Positions 19,514 to 33,087 of a stretch of 64,000 nucleotides of DNA are shown piece after piece. Position 1 is the stretch's first letter, and each line of letters begins with the position of its first letter. A program made the translations under genes and the position numbers. Origin of the DNA: Lingula anatina (Eukaryota > Animalia > Brachiopoda); NCBI GenBank assembly GCA_051362555.1, contig CM120649.1, forward strand, positions 19,606,567-19,670,566, written 5' to 3'. The notes under the pieces are model-generated. The model saw nothing but the letters and a program-made list of their open reading frames with translations. It had not been told where the DNA came from and searched no databases.

Positions 19514-21226
19514 AAGTAAATGGACGTATGCAGGTATCTAATACTTAGGTAGAATGCACCGAGAGGGGATCAATTCACTGTCTGTCACCAAGTATGAATA
19601 ATAGACAGTGAACATCCAACATGTCAAAGATGTATCCGGACGTGGAAGCGTTGAACGTCATAAGTCTGTACTCCACAATCAGAAGCATCTGTTGCTACTG
19701 GTAGATGTTTAATACATCCCTGTGCACTTGTCAAGCTCTTGGAAAAGTTTCAATGTTTTACTGATTTCTTTGTATCACTGTATTCTTTTAGGCAAACGTT
19801 AGAATAATGTTTTCTTGTAGTTTGCTGGTGGTCTAACCGATATGTAACCCTGTGGTTAAATTGTCAAAACGTCCTGTGTTAGCTGGGAGAAGATTTCAAA
19901 ATAGACCTAGCTTTGCTCCTCATGTTTGCCTAAAAGAATACAGCAAAATGGAGTGACGAAACTCGACGTTTGAGCAATCATTATTTCAGGCATATATATG
20001 TAGTACGTAGGCTACAGTTAAAATAAAGTCTTAAGTTTCCTCAGCATCAGTGTCGTGTGAAGCCTCCGCCGTTTATTGACAATAAGTTTCTTAAACTCTA
20101 TCACTCCATTCAATTACTTTTCCGTGACAGTTTGTAATCTGTAAAATTGTAAATTGTGCCTGACGACCATCAGACAGCAGACGGTCATTAAAGATGTACC
20201 ATCGCGGGGTATGTCATTTCTTTGACGTCACCAAAGCCTGCACCTAATAAACTTATGTACTTCCTTCTTTCTTCCAGTGAATAACCATGCTGTTGGTAGC
20301 ACTAGGATAGACAATATGGCAGCCAAAGCTCTTGCTTTGTGATTATCAAGATTAGTATTAAAATGGCCCTTAAAATAATGTCTTAAAAGTAAAATGTATT
20401 TTTGTTTCAGAAATTTGCAGAGTACAGCAAATATGTAAATGCCAAAGCTTTTTTTTTTTGCAAGATAAATATATTTTCATGTTTTTATTTTACTGAAGAA
20501 ACATTTCAGTATGTATAAGTTTTCCAAAAATATACGTTTTAGGGCCTATTTCTATTGTTCTGTATTTACAAAGTTTATCACAGATTTTATTTCACAAAAC
20601 ATATTTTCAGCCCTTTTCCTATAAATCTATCAACACACACCAAAGGCAAAGAAGGAGATGTGTGCGTTTAAAGTCATAGCAATGCAATTTTGATAAGTCT
20701 ATAGTGGGTATTAAAACATTTTTCTTTAACCCATCATATGGCTTATCTGAAGCAATTCATCTGATGTTCATTATTTTTTTTATTCAAATATATAGATTCT
20801 CAAGACTTGAAAAATGGTTTGATAAAAAAAAAACAAAAAACATTTGCCTAAAATTTGGTAAACTTATGATCCCGCATAAGAAAGCTAGTGGCTGCCAATA
20901 TCTTTCATGTAGATAGTGATAAGGTTGTTAATTTGTAGTTGATCTATGTTCACGTTACAGCACCACTGTGGACAATAACAGCAACAAGAAGAAGTGGAAC
21001 AATAATAATGATTATAATAAATGCCAACGTCCATTCATACAAAAGAAGAAAGAATCGACCAAGAACGCTTGTTGTTGAAGCAGATATGTGTCTTCTCAGG
21101 CTTCACAGTAGGCCAGCTAAAGGACTGTTGAATTATTTACTGACGACGACCATCAAACGGCAGATGGGTATTAAAGATGTACACATCGCGTGGGTTAATC
21201 TGTTCCTTGACGTCACCCGATGCACT

Positions 21227-21362
21227 ATAAAGCCACAATCAATCAAATCATCTTTTTAGTTATTCTTGTTAGAAAGGCTGGGGATATTTCAGTTTCTGGG
21301 GACATAGATAACTGTTGCCACCATTTTGCTGCTACCTACCTGAGTGAACCAACCCTGTAAGT
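21227..21362 (+). promoter_or_regulatory. Putative TATA box and non-coding first exon of paralogue 1 (equivalents near 29797-29928 and 38425-38560)
   Basis: TATAAAGCCAC preceded by TGACGTCA (about 21208), then a conserved block of about 100 nt ending CCT|GTAAGT. Each paralogue has an AG acceptor shortly before its ATG. Confidence 0.45.
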
Positions 21363-21930
21363 ACTGCTATTACCTGTGGAGGTATGGTCATATAAATACC
21401 AAAAGTTTGAAGTGGTTAACGAAATCATGATGGTAGGTTTTACAAAGCTGCAAAAGCAATTGGGATTAGTTTGTGAAATAGGTGTAGGGCTTTGAGTTTT
21501 TTTAAACATAACTGATATATCCCGGTTTTTTACATTGTGCTTCAAACTTTTGGTATTTTAAGACATTGGATTGAGTTCAGCTAGAGAACAATTTTGGCAT
21601 ACGGCACACAGCTACGTCAATTCTGCAGCATACATGCGCCTTTGGCATCTAAGCATCAGATAAAGAATTCAAGGAGCTTTGCTGATTTCAAAATTCGCAA
21701 GAACACAGTAATCATGACAAATTAATTTTGAACCAAAGGTATAAATTCTTTTCGGTCAGATATATGTAGAATATTTTAGATCAATAAAAGAAAGATTGCA
21801 AAAATGAGAACTACCAACAGCTCATAAAAATGGATGTTTTCAGGAAGACACGCCCAGCTTATCGGCCTTTTATTTCTTTTTTTTTACAGGAGGACATTGC
21901 ACCAGGTTATTTGCCAATTTGATATAAGCC

Positions 21931-23053
21931 ATGAAGAGTTACTCTGTTGGCTTTATTTTGACAATCGCCATGATGGCAGCCAGAGTGGTTTCCCAGGGTA
22001 AGTTACCAGTTCTTTTGTTATATTGTAACAGGAAGAAACAAACAGAAATACTGAAAAAGAAATGGTATTAAAACGGATTTTGTGTAGCATTATACTCGCT
22101 TTAGAGCACGTGTCGGTTTGTATTTGGAAGGAAACATCGGTAAGCTAACGGGCTTTTGTTCTGCTACCAGCGGTTTGAAATACATTTATCATGTCCATAC
22201 ACTCTTCTGCTTTGTTGAAAGCTTCACTCAAGGATTGTTTGACAGGGATGATAAACGTGCTACAAAATTCCTTGGATGTGGATCTTTTTAAAGGGCATCT
22301 TGTTTTTTCACAGGTTATATAAAATTGGGTTGCTGGGCTGACTCGTCAAACCGGGCCATTCCTCCTTTGGAGGGTAAAGATCCCATCCTTGACGGGGCAT
22401 ACTGGTTACGAACGAATGCAGTCGAGAAATGCTACCAAGCTGCAAGGAAACGCGGGTACAAATATTTTGCTTTACAGCACGGTGGATGGTGTGCCTCTTC
22501 CTGCAACGCTGGGCAGACATATATGAAATACGGGCCTTCTAATAATTGCCAACCAGACGGAGAAGGCGGTGGTTTTGCCAATCAACTTTACCAAATTACG
22601 GGCGGTAGGTGTTTTGGCACGTTTAACGTAGGTAACCAAAAGACAAATCTTTTGGGTTGATATTCACGATTGAAACTAACAATTTCAAGGCATTTAAAGA
22701 AACCTGTTATCCTAGCTGTTTTTGGTAACTTGACATTGACAACAATTAAATTGCACCGAGTCCGCTTGGACAAAAAGCCTGCATGTATGTTACAATGACA
22801 CTATTTAGCAAGCTGTTAAATCTATACCTAAAACTGTTAACGAATTAGGGTTGAAAACAAAAATTGATACCAGAATCTTTTGAAACGATAGAATTGTTGC
22901 AATATTTCATTATTTATGGAATTGGGTATAAAACGAAAAATACTATAGGCATAATAGAATTTGTACCCCAGCATTATGGCTGTGTGTGTGTGTGTGTGTA
23001 ATTTAACGTAGGTAACCACAAAACAAAAACTTTTGGGTCGTCGCTGCAGGGGA

Positions 23054-23125
<72 letters not shown>

Positions 23126-23634
23126 ATCTGAACTTATAAATCTTAACTGACATTCTTTTATCTTTTGACAAGGTGTAGGAACACACATTAGATACACAAG
23201 CCACTTTTTGTTGCTCTTGTCTCAGGTGGGGAGACACTTGATCATATTTTAACATACAAACGCCATGAACCAATGTGTCAAAAGCTACGTATATTTTCCT
23301 TATTTTAGGTTCAGAATGCGGGGACGGCAGCTACCCATATGCTGATAGTTTTGACTACCTGTGTTATCGCTCAGGTGTAAGAGACTGCGCTACCAATATG
23401 CCGTACTTCGATATGACCTCTGTTAATGATATATACGCCAAATGTTCTGAATTGTGTGGGTTTCCATTGACCGTCCAGTCTCTGCAAGAACTAATGCAAC
23501 TCGAACGACAGTTCACAGCGTTGGGTAGGTGAACGCTGGGTGATTTATAATTTGTAAACTTGAGACATCCTGTGACATGGGTCGTGCATGACTTGCTTAT
23601 ACTTACCCAATCTTTGCCTGGTCGTCGAAGAAAC

Positions 23635-23690
<56 letters not shown>

Positions 23691-23809
23691 GTTTTAGCGC
23701 CGTTTAACTGTACACAAGAGATGGCGACTACTGGTCAGGTGTCAGAGAATACCTCGGAGTACGCCGTGATCAAATATTTCCCCAGTTCCCAAGGTGAGGC
23801 TATTTATAT

Positions 23810-23875
<66 letters not shown>

Positions 23876-25134
23876 ATAAGCGCATTCAGAACAAATGATT
23901 CTCACACAAGCAGATTGAAATGGATATATATATACATTTATGTTTATTAATGTTGGCATTTATGTTCATTAATGTTGACATTAGGTATAATGTGTCTACC
24001 GTAACAATATTCCAGGCCAAATGGATTGGATCATCGACTTGCGCGACACGGAAATGACCTCCAGATTCATTAACCCACCAATCGAGGGAAGACATCTGAA
24101 GTTTGTGTTCCAGAATCAAGAAATGCGTTTGGATTTCCCTGCGTCGATTTCTGGCCAAGCTATCTGTGATATGCCGTCTAATGCAACAGTTACGGCGTCT
24201 GCACGTACGTATAGACATGATATAGGACAAAAATACCATTAAAGTTGAGGGTTTGATAGCACTCGTTGAAGACTTGCATCTTCTGTCGAAGTTCCTTATA
24301 TTGAAAAGCAATATGCTGTATGTACTGCTACTCCATAACAGGTTTTTTTAGTTTAAAAAGGAAAATCTTAGTTATTTATTATTTTACTTCACAAGCACTG
24401 ATGTCAATAATGATGTTCTTAAAAATGAAAGTGATTTGTACGTAGACCGAGAAAACACAGAAAAAAGCAAAAAAATAAAAACAAAATTTGAAAACTACCA
24501 TTTTCTCTTTTGCCAGCGGCGAAGTGTGTCATTGTTGGGGATCCCCACGTCACAAACTTAGATGGCAAACAACAATTACTGAATGCGGTGTGCAGGGTTA
24601 TTTTATCAGAGACTTGTGTGCCTACCAAACCTGGCGAAGCGCCTCTCCAACCGTTCTCAGTTACCGGAAGAAACAGACCTATTAAGCCAGGCAGCTCCAG
24701 AACATACATAGAGGAACTCACATTTAAAATGTTTGCTACCACTGCTGATATTAATGTCAACGGAGATGTGAAGGTACGCCGCTGAGAGTGGTAGTAGTTA
24801 TCGTTAGAGATTAAATAGAATGTGGACAGGAATTGGAAGTGTTATATTCTATTCTGTTCTGTTCTGTTGTTCTTTTCTGTTCTGTTCTGTTCTATTCCCG
24901 TATTTATAATATTAATTTCTTCATCAAAGGTAAATGGCGTGAATCGGACAGCGACAACCGCCCGTGTATACATTGGCAATGGCTTGCAGCTCTATCTCGC
25001 CAGTTTAACTAGAGGAAACCATCAACACCCTGCCGTTTTTGTTGAGGCCCCCAATGGTCTGAAGGTTGCCCTTACCGTTCCTGAGGGGGGAAACTTTAAG
25101 CCAGGACATCATGCCGAAATAACTACCCCAGGTA

Positions 25135-25177
<43 letters not shown>

Positions 25178-25476
25178 GAAATGACTTAACACGAATTCAA
25201 AGGTCAATGCGGATAAAAGTAACCATGCAAAAGATATGGTTTTTCCGCCAAAAACGTTACTCATACTTGACAGTGGTGATTGCTGGCGTGTTTCTAAAGA
25301 TATGTGTAAATCTAATTTTTGTTTATTTATGTATTTGTTAGCGGAATATGCAGGCAAGCTTTGTGGGGTTTGTGGAAATTTCAATGGTGATCCGAATGAC
25401 GATGACGAGGCTTGTTACGGACAATCTCCAGCAGACTGCGACATATGGCATCCATCGGATGGATCAAAGTAAGAGC

Positions 25477-25512
<36 letters not shown>

Positions 25513-25918
25513 ATTGTTTATCAAATTATAGAGGGTACCATTAAGTTATGTACAGTGATGCTTTGTTGTGAGTTCAGTTTGTTTTTATTATCTATAATCA
25601 TGACCGATGACATATTGTTTCCTGCGCTTTGTCAAGTGACATGTGACACGGGATGTTGTGTCTGGTCTTGCGCAGGATTCATACATAAAATGCACACAGA
25701 GAGAGAGAGAGCCCTTTCCCCCTCCCCGAAATAGAGAGTCCACTCTCCATTTATTGGTACAGGCAAACCTTGCCCTAGATTTTGACCCAATTAGGTCAGG
25801 CTAACCCTAACCATTATAACTATATGGAGGGCGAACTTTCTGTTACACGGACCCTCAGTTTCGTTACACCGGTATACACTCATTACATTGATTTACCTTT
25901 TTCAGTTGCCCAGCGTAA
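21931..25918 (+). CDS. Secreted WSC-like + atypical C-type-lectin-like + VWD protein, paralogue 1 (485 aa)
   Basis: Exons 21931-21997, 22314-22604, 23309-23524, 23698-23793, 24016-24204, 24517-24773, 24930-25131, 25342-25468 and 25906-25918 join in frame (1458 nt). Signal peptide MKSYSVGFILTIAMMAARVVSQ; WSC-like YIKLGCWAD...KCYQAA...GYKYFALQHGGWC; CTLD-like C..LCY...KCSELCGFPLTVQSLQEL...AICD; VWD CVIVGDPHVTNLDG...YAGKLCGVCGNFNGDPNDD. Confidence 0.88.
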
Positions 25919-27174
25919 TACCCAAACAGGCACTTAACCCGTATAACGGCCACGCCTTCACGATAGAACGGCTACGATATACGACAAACATACGAACTGA
26001 GAACAGACTACAACTGAGAACCTGGAGGACTACGGTTCTTGAATACAGTTAACAGGAGGTTTAATTAATGTTATATGGTGAACGACTATATCACTTGGCG
26101 GTGTTACTAAACTAGGCCTATATATATATTTGTCGTAAATGATATAGTTGATGGTGTTTCCTTAAATCGCTTGTTGTCCTTGTGAAATCGCTCAATTTGG
26201 TGGCTCTTTGGGGCGGCCTTTACATTTGTCCCTTGCTCAAAACCACTGCTTGTTGATCAATCGCGTTTGGTACGAACAAACAGGGCTTTACGGTTAGGTT
26301 ATTAAGTTTAGAGTGATAAAAGTGTAGTGTGACTATGGGAAATACTAGTAATACAAATTCACCATCGTCAGAAATCAAAAGGAGAAGAAAACGTATGATG
26401 TCTTCTCAGGAGACTTGTGATATTTAGAAGGAGTAGGATTGATGGTCATCCTGGATCTGAACCATTTCTGAACCAACAAAACGAATATTTTTTAATTAAA
26501 TCAAATAACAAAGGAAATGGGAGCTTGTGGCACGTGATATACAATGAGATATATTAGTGCTGCTATCGTCTTACTGTGTTTCAGACTTCAAGAAACGCCA
26601 AACTGCCTAGGTGGATTTAACACTATTATTGGGACACGCAGCTTTATACAAAGAGTATCTTAATATAAAAATTTGAAAGGTCGTTGTTTTTCCAGCTCTG
26701 TCAAATAACAGTAACTTTGTTGTTGGCTTTTATTGCTTTTGTTATTTTGCTTTTTTTTGTGTAATTTAAAGAACTTGGACTCTGATTTGGTCTTGATACA
26801 GCTGGTGAATAATATGTTTCACAACTGGATAGATTTGTTTCATATTATGCAAAATTAAACTTCATAATACACGGGTCATTTAAGAATGTGGTAATTATTT
26901 GGTTTGATGTTTTAACACTTCATTTTGTTTGAAGCACGCCTCTTTTTAAAAGTGTGCAGTCCGGATTTAATTGTTTAACAATGGCTTGTTCCATTTGCAG
27001 GAGGGTAATCTGCTGTCTTTGTAGATAAAAAGGAAATAAATGGTTTATGAAATGAAATAATTTTATTATTTTTGTGATGACTTTACAAACATCCCTGTCG
27101 CTTCATTTTTATATATTCATTTATTCACGCAGGCTTGGAGGGGAGGGAGGTTAAAGTGCCCCCTTTCCGATATC

Positions 27175-27579
27175 TCTCTTTCTCAAGTGCCCTGTCCCAC
27201 TAGGGCGTTGGCGATCATGGACTTCCACCTCTTCTTGTCCTTTGTGGTCTTCAACAGTTCTCGGTCCGCTATTCCTGTCCATCTACTTATGCTTGCTGTG
27301 TATTTTAATTTTTGCCTGCCCCTGCTTCGCTTTCCGTTGATCTTGCCTGTCACACTAAGATGTTTCAGCGCTTCCTTCCGCATTACGTGTCCCAGAAATT
27401 CCAACTGTCTCTTTCGTATGCCTTTTAGAAGGAAACGCTTTGTTCCTGCTCTCTCCAACACTTTTTGATTTGTCATTTTCTCTGTCCGAGATATTTTCAT
27501 CATTTTCCTGAGGAACCACATCTCTGCTGATTCTATTCGTTGTTCCATACCTTGGGATGTAGTACAGCATTCGCTACCA
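27175..27579 (-). mobile_element. 5'-truncated RTE-clade LINE insertion with 10-bp TSD
   Basis: ORF 27183-27548 (RIESAEMWFLRKMMKIS...KRQLEFLGHVMRKE...GKINGKRSRGRQK) is a typical RTE C-terminus. TTCCGATATC is duplicated at 27165-27174 and 27580-27589; the empty site is seen in the paralogous unit near 36785-36794. Confidence 0.9.
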
Positions 27580-27691
27580 TTCCGATATCACATATGATTA
27601 AAAAGTATTAATTGGGAAGTGAAAACTTTTCATAGGAATAAAAGGGAAAAATATTGAATCAACGAATTACGAAATAACAGTCATTGATTAA

Positions 27692-28030
27692 AGGGATAAT
27701 AACTCTTTGTTTTGGCCAAAAAATGAATTTTCCTGGAGTAAACAACAATCTTTCAGTACTCACCAATGGTTAATGAATCCATTTTTAATTTCAAAGGTAG
27801 TTCCTGGTTTTTTTTTTCTAAAAAATTGTTTTTTTGTTATAATCTCCTAAGAGATTATAACAGAGTAAAGCCATCAATGGAGGTCACGTGGTCTAAAGAC
27901 AAGCTCAGATATCAGAATAATAGCTATAACTGCCGATTTTCTTGTACAACAGAATGTATTATATTTCTATGAGTTGTTCACAATGATTTTATTGTGAAAT
28001 ATAGATCTCATACGAAGAGTTATTATCCCT
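27692..28030. mobile_element. TTAA-target MITE (Kolobok-like termini)
   Basis: TIR AGGGATAATAACTCTT ... AAGAGTTATTATCCCT with TTAA on both sides. The paralogous unit has a single TTAA empty site near 36892. Confidence 0.85.
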
Positions 28031-28489
28031 TTAAATGATGACGATCGGTCAATTCAAACTGAGTACTCATAATTTAAAAGAGAAAAGTGTCAGATACAAT
28101 GCTAACTTCAGCTTCAAATATAGTCTTAAAAGATACATTTTTTTATCCAAAAGATGTTAAAATACCTGAATGTGCAGAAATTTTCAACTGCTCTTTACTG
28201 CAGTCTTCCTCAGTGCTATTGTTTGACCACTAGGTGGAGTTGTGGTAAAAACAAAGTGCAAACTCAAAGGGACGTGCCACCCTGAATGTAAATGTACGTT
28301 GCAACAGATGTGTCTGATCACCCAGCCCCTCAAGCACAATAAAGAAAAGCAATATAAACCTGGCAGTTTTTTCTGTCGTGCACTGTGTTCTCTAAGTATA
28401 TCTGCCTGGTACTGTGTTTTTGGAGTTCACGATCCTGCACAGAAAACTTACTATGTTATGTGGTGCTTCAGTTAAGGAGTTGTCGTTTG

Positions 28490-28644
28490 GATTCAAAGGG
28501 ATGAAAGGCAGATAAAGACCACCTGTAGGCTTTGTCAAGAGTTTAGGGTTTTGGATGGGTGTGTCTGGTGTGACTATTTTGGGATCATGTAAAGAAAGGG
28601 AGTTGTGGAGGTCCATGATGGCCAACCTCCTGCAAGGGCAAGAT

Positions 28645-28680
<36 letters not shown>
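28490..28680 (+). mobile_element. Second copy of the RTE 3' fragment, duplicated with the tandem unit
   Basis: Homologous to 19300-19512 including the (GA)n tail and the downstream flank (28750-28880 matches 19572-19700). Confidence 0.7.
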
Positions 28681-28684
<4 letters not shown>

Positions 28685-29573
28685 TTAAGTACACACACGT
28701 ATACATGTCCCTAATACCTCAGCAGAATTAATGCACCGTTAGGAGATAAATTCACTGTCTGTCACCAAGTATGAATAATAGACAGTGAACATCCAACATG
28801 CCAAAGATGTATCCGGACGTGGTAGCGTTGAACGTCATAAGTCTGTACTCCACAATCAGAAGCATCTGTTGCTACTGGTAAATGTTTAAATGTTTTACTG
28901 AGAGGCGCCTTACATTGTATTCCGCCAGACAAACATGATGAGCAAAGCTAGGTCAATTTTGAAATCTTCTCCCAGCTCACACAGAACTTTTGGACAACTT
29001 AACCAAAGGGTAATATATATATATCGGTTAGACCACCAGCAAACTATAAGAAATCATTCTTCACTGTCACTGTTATTATCATTGACCCTAGAACATTGCC
29101 GTTATATATACACACAATCGACTAAGAAAAAAATTAGAAAAATTGTTATTTTGAATAATCATAAAACAACCATATGAGCTAAGGTAAAATTTAAACCGAA
29201 CATTGAGATATAATGCACCCACCATTATTTACATCTTGAAATTGTGTCAGGAAATGAATTATGTGGTACTTACATCAAGCATTTGACAGTTGGGGCGCAG
29301 TAAAATTTATGTGCTAGTACCTGACGACCGTCAAACGGCATACGGTTATTAAAAATGTATAGATTCTTAAGAGCCCAAAACATATTTTGACATAACAACA
29401 ACAACAACAAAAGTTGCTTGGTTTACTAATGATACCATGTAATAAACCTGGTAGTGTAGGTAGATAGTGTTAGAGATCGAGATCGAGATCAGTCAGTTAG
29501 GAGTTGATGTGTGCATTTGACAGCGCCATTGTGGACAACAACAACAATAACAACAATAACAACAACAACAACA

Positions 29574-29630
<57 letters not shown>

Positions 29631-31335
29631 GCAAAGTCATTTTATAAGGAATAAAAAAGAGTCGGTGAGAAATGGTTGTTGTTGAAGGAAATCTGATAAA
29701 TTATGTAATGTACTGGCGACTACCAAACGGCAGATTATGATTTAAGATGTACACATGGCGTGGGTTAATCTGTTCCTAGACGCCACCTGATGCACTATAA
29801 AGCCACAATCAGATCATCTTTACAGTTATTCCTGCTAGAACGCTGGGGATATTTCAGTTTGTGTTGGACATATAGAACTGTTGCCACCGTTTTGCTGCTA
29901 CCTACCTGAGTGAACCAGACCTGTAAGTACTGCTATTACCTGTGGAAGCATGGTCGTATAAATACCAAAAGTTTGAAGTGGTTAACGAATTTCGTTATTT
30001 GGGTGTCTAAATCATGAAGGTAGGTTTCACAAAGCTCAAAGCAATTGGGATTAGTTTGTGAAATAGGTGTAGGGCCTTGAGTTTTTGAACATTACCGATA
30101 TATTCCTGTTTGATACAGTACATTGTGTCTCGCCATGGAAGTGAAAATTGGGGTCACAATACATACATACAGTGTTGACATTTAATGCAGAATATTTTAT
30201 TTTGAAAGTTATGTCTAGGTAAAAGTGTAAATTATATTTCTGCCTTGTCTGTGTTACTGCTGCATTACGTAATGCGTGATGATTTCTTTGTGTAGTGCTC
30301 CTTGGGCTAGTCCAAGTATGACTATGGCAGAGCATGGTTATGCCCAAAAAGTCCCAATATTTCGGCAATGACTGGACATTCTTAAATTTTGCAAATATAA
30401 AAGCAGTGAATGTTAAAGAGCGTAAACTGAGCGAAGGAAAGTGTTACAGCATTGTTGCTCTGCGATGCTACGGCTGAAAACAGACAGACATTGTCAGACA
30501 GGTTTTTGTGTAGCAGAGAACGCTCCACACGCATATAAGACATTGGATTGAGTTCAGCTAGAGAACAATTTTGGCATGCGACAAACAGCTACGTTAATTC
30601 TGCAGCATACATGTGCCTTTGGCATTAGACAAGATTTCAAAATTTAAAAATCCCCGAGAACACAGTAATAATGACAAATTAATTTTCTACCAAAGTTTTC
30701 AATTCTTTTTGGTCAGATATTTATGAAATATTTTAGATCAATGGAAGAAAGAGTGGGAAATGAGAACAATCATCAACTCATGAAAATGAATATTATTATG
30801 TTAAAAAAAGCATTTCAAGAGAATTCAAACAAAGTGGCGAACGATAGCGTTTTTGGATACCACTTATCAAATTATCTTAATTGTTTGCAAGTTTATAAAA
30901 TAATAACAGATATAATGAATAAATTCCGAGCGGATTTATTATTAGAACATTCATAATCAAAATTTCAAAATTTACGGCAGTTGTATGGACTTTTGAAAGA
31001 AAGTAGTTGGAAAGACTTACCAACGCTGGTAAATTTTAAAAATATGTGTCGTTATCTTGTGGTTTAGCGGTATAAGGCAGAATTTATATAGTAAACATTT
31101 ATAATCATCCACCCTAGGGCAAGTGCACTAAAATTTCACAATGTCCATGCACATCCCAGTTGAAAGGTTTATCAATCCCCCGAAAATAAAAACCGGTGGT
31201 TGCCGGCATCGTTTTATTTCATACATTTTTAAGCGGCACTATTTTTTCATTCTATAATACAGGTGTCTGCTACGATCTTCAAAACCTGTGTTTATATTTT
31301 GAGGAAGACACGTCCAGCTTATCGGCCTGTAAACC

Positions 31336-33043
31336 ATGAAGAGTTACTCTATTGGTTTTTTCTTGACAGTCGCCATGATGCCAGCCAGAGTGGTTTCCCA
31401 GGGTTAGTTACCAGTTTTTTTATAGATAGAAATTCAGATTTTTAATAGAAAGCAACAACCCGAAATGTAAAAAAAGGAATGGTGTTAAAATTAATTTTGT
31501 TACAAGGCATTATATACGCTCTAGAGCACGTGTCGGTTTGTATTTGGAAGGAAACATCGGTAAGCTAACGGGCTTTTGTTCAGCTACCAGTGGCTACATT
31601 AGCGGTTTGAAATACATTTATCATGTCCATACACCCTACCGCTTTATTGAAAGCTTCACTCAAGGATTGTTCGACGGGGATGACAAACGTGCTCCAAAAA
31701 GTTCTTGGATGTGAACTTTTCTAAGGGCAGCTTGTTTTTTTCCCGCAGATTATATAAAATTGGGTTGCTGGGCTGACACGTCAAACCGGGCCATCCCTAC
31801 TTTAGAAGGTAAAGATCCCATCCTTGACGGGAGCTACAGGGCACGAAGGAACGCAATCAAGAAATGCTACCAAGCTGCAAGGAAACGCGGGTACAAATAT
31901 TTTGCCCTACAGCACAGTGGATGGTGTGCCTCTTCCTGCAACGCTGGGCAGACATATATGAAATATGGACCTTCTACTAATTGCCAAGCAGATGGAGAAG
32001 GTGGACCATGGGCCAACCAACTTTACCAAATTACTGGCGGTAGGTGTTTTGGCACGTTTAACGTAGGTAACCAAAAGACAAATCTTTTGGGTTGATATTC
32101 ACAATTGAAACTAACAATTTCAAGGCATTTAAAGAAACCTGTTATCCTAGCTGTTTTTGGTAACTTGACATTGACAACAACTAAAGTGCACCGAGTCCGC
32201 TTGGACAAAAAGCCTGCATGTATGTTACAATGACACTATTTAGCAAGCTGTTAAATCTTTACCTAAAACAGTTAACGAATTAGGGTTGAAAACAAAAATT
32301 GATACCAGAATCTTTTGAAACGATAGAATTGTTGCAATATTTCATTATTTATGGAATTGGGTATACAACGAAAAATACTATAGGCATAATAGAATTTGTA
32401 CCCCAGCATTATGACTGTGTGTGTGTGTATGTGTGTGTGTGTGTGTGTGTAATTTAACGTAGGTAACCACAAAACAAAAACTTTTGGGTCGTCGCTGCAG
32501 GGGACCAATATATATATATATATATATATATAATCTGAACTTATAAATCTAAACTGACCTTCTTTTATCTTTTGACAAGGTGTAGGAACACACATTAGAT
32601 ACACAAGCCACTTTTTGTTGCTCTTGTCTCAGGTGGGGAGACACTTGATCATATTTTAACATACAAACGCCATGAACCAATGTGTCAAAAGCTACGTATA
32701 TTTTCCTTATTTTAGGTTCAGAATGCGGGGACGGCAGCTACCCATATGCTGATAGTTTTGACTACCTGTGTTATCGCTCAGGTGTAAGAGACTGCACTAC
32801 CAATATGCCGTACTTTGATATGACCTCTGTTAATGATATATACGCCCGATGTTCTGAAATGTGTGGGTTTCCATTGGCCGTCCAGTCTCCGCAAGAACTA
32901 ATGCAACTCGATCGACAGTTCACAGCGTTGGGTAGGTGAACGCTGGGTGATTTATAATTTATAAACTTGAGACATCTCCTGTAACATGGACCATGCATGA
33001 CTTGCTTATACTTACCCAATCTTTGCCTGGTCGTCGAAGAAAC

Positions 33044-33087
<44 letters not shown>

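Noticed and set aside
19560-19710. Conserved block also at 28750-28880 that could be an exon
   Set aside because: No frame gives a recognisable protein; similarity is explained by the segmental duplication.
23055-23125. ORFs with YIYIYI, ERERER or SLSLSL runs here and elsewhere
   Set aside because: Translations of (AT)n and (GA)n microsatellites.
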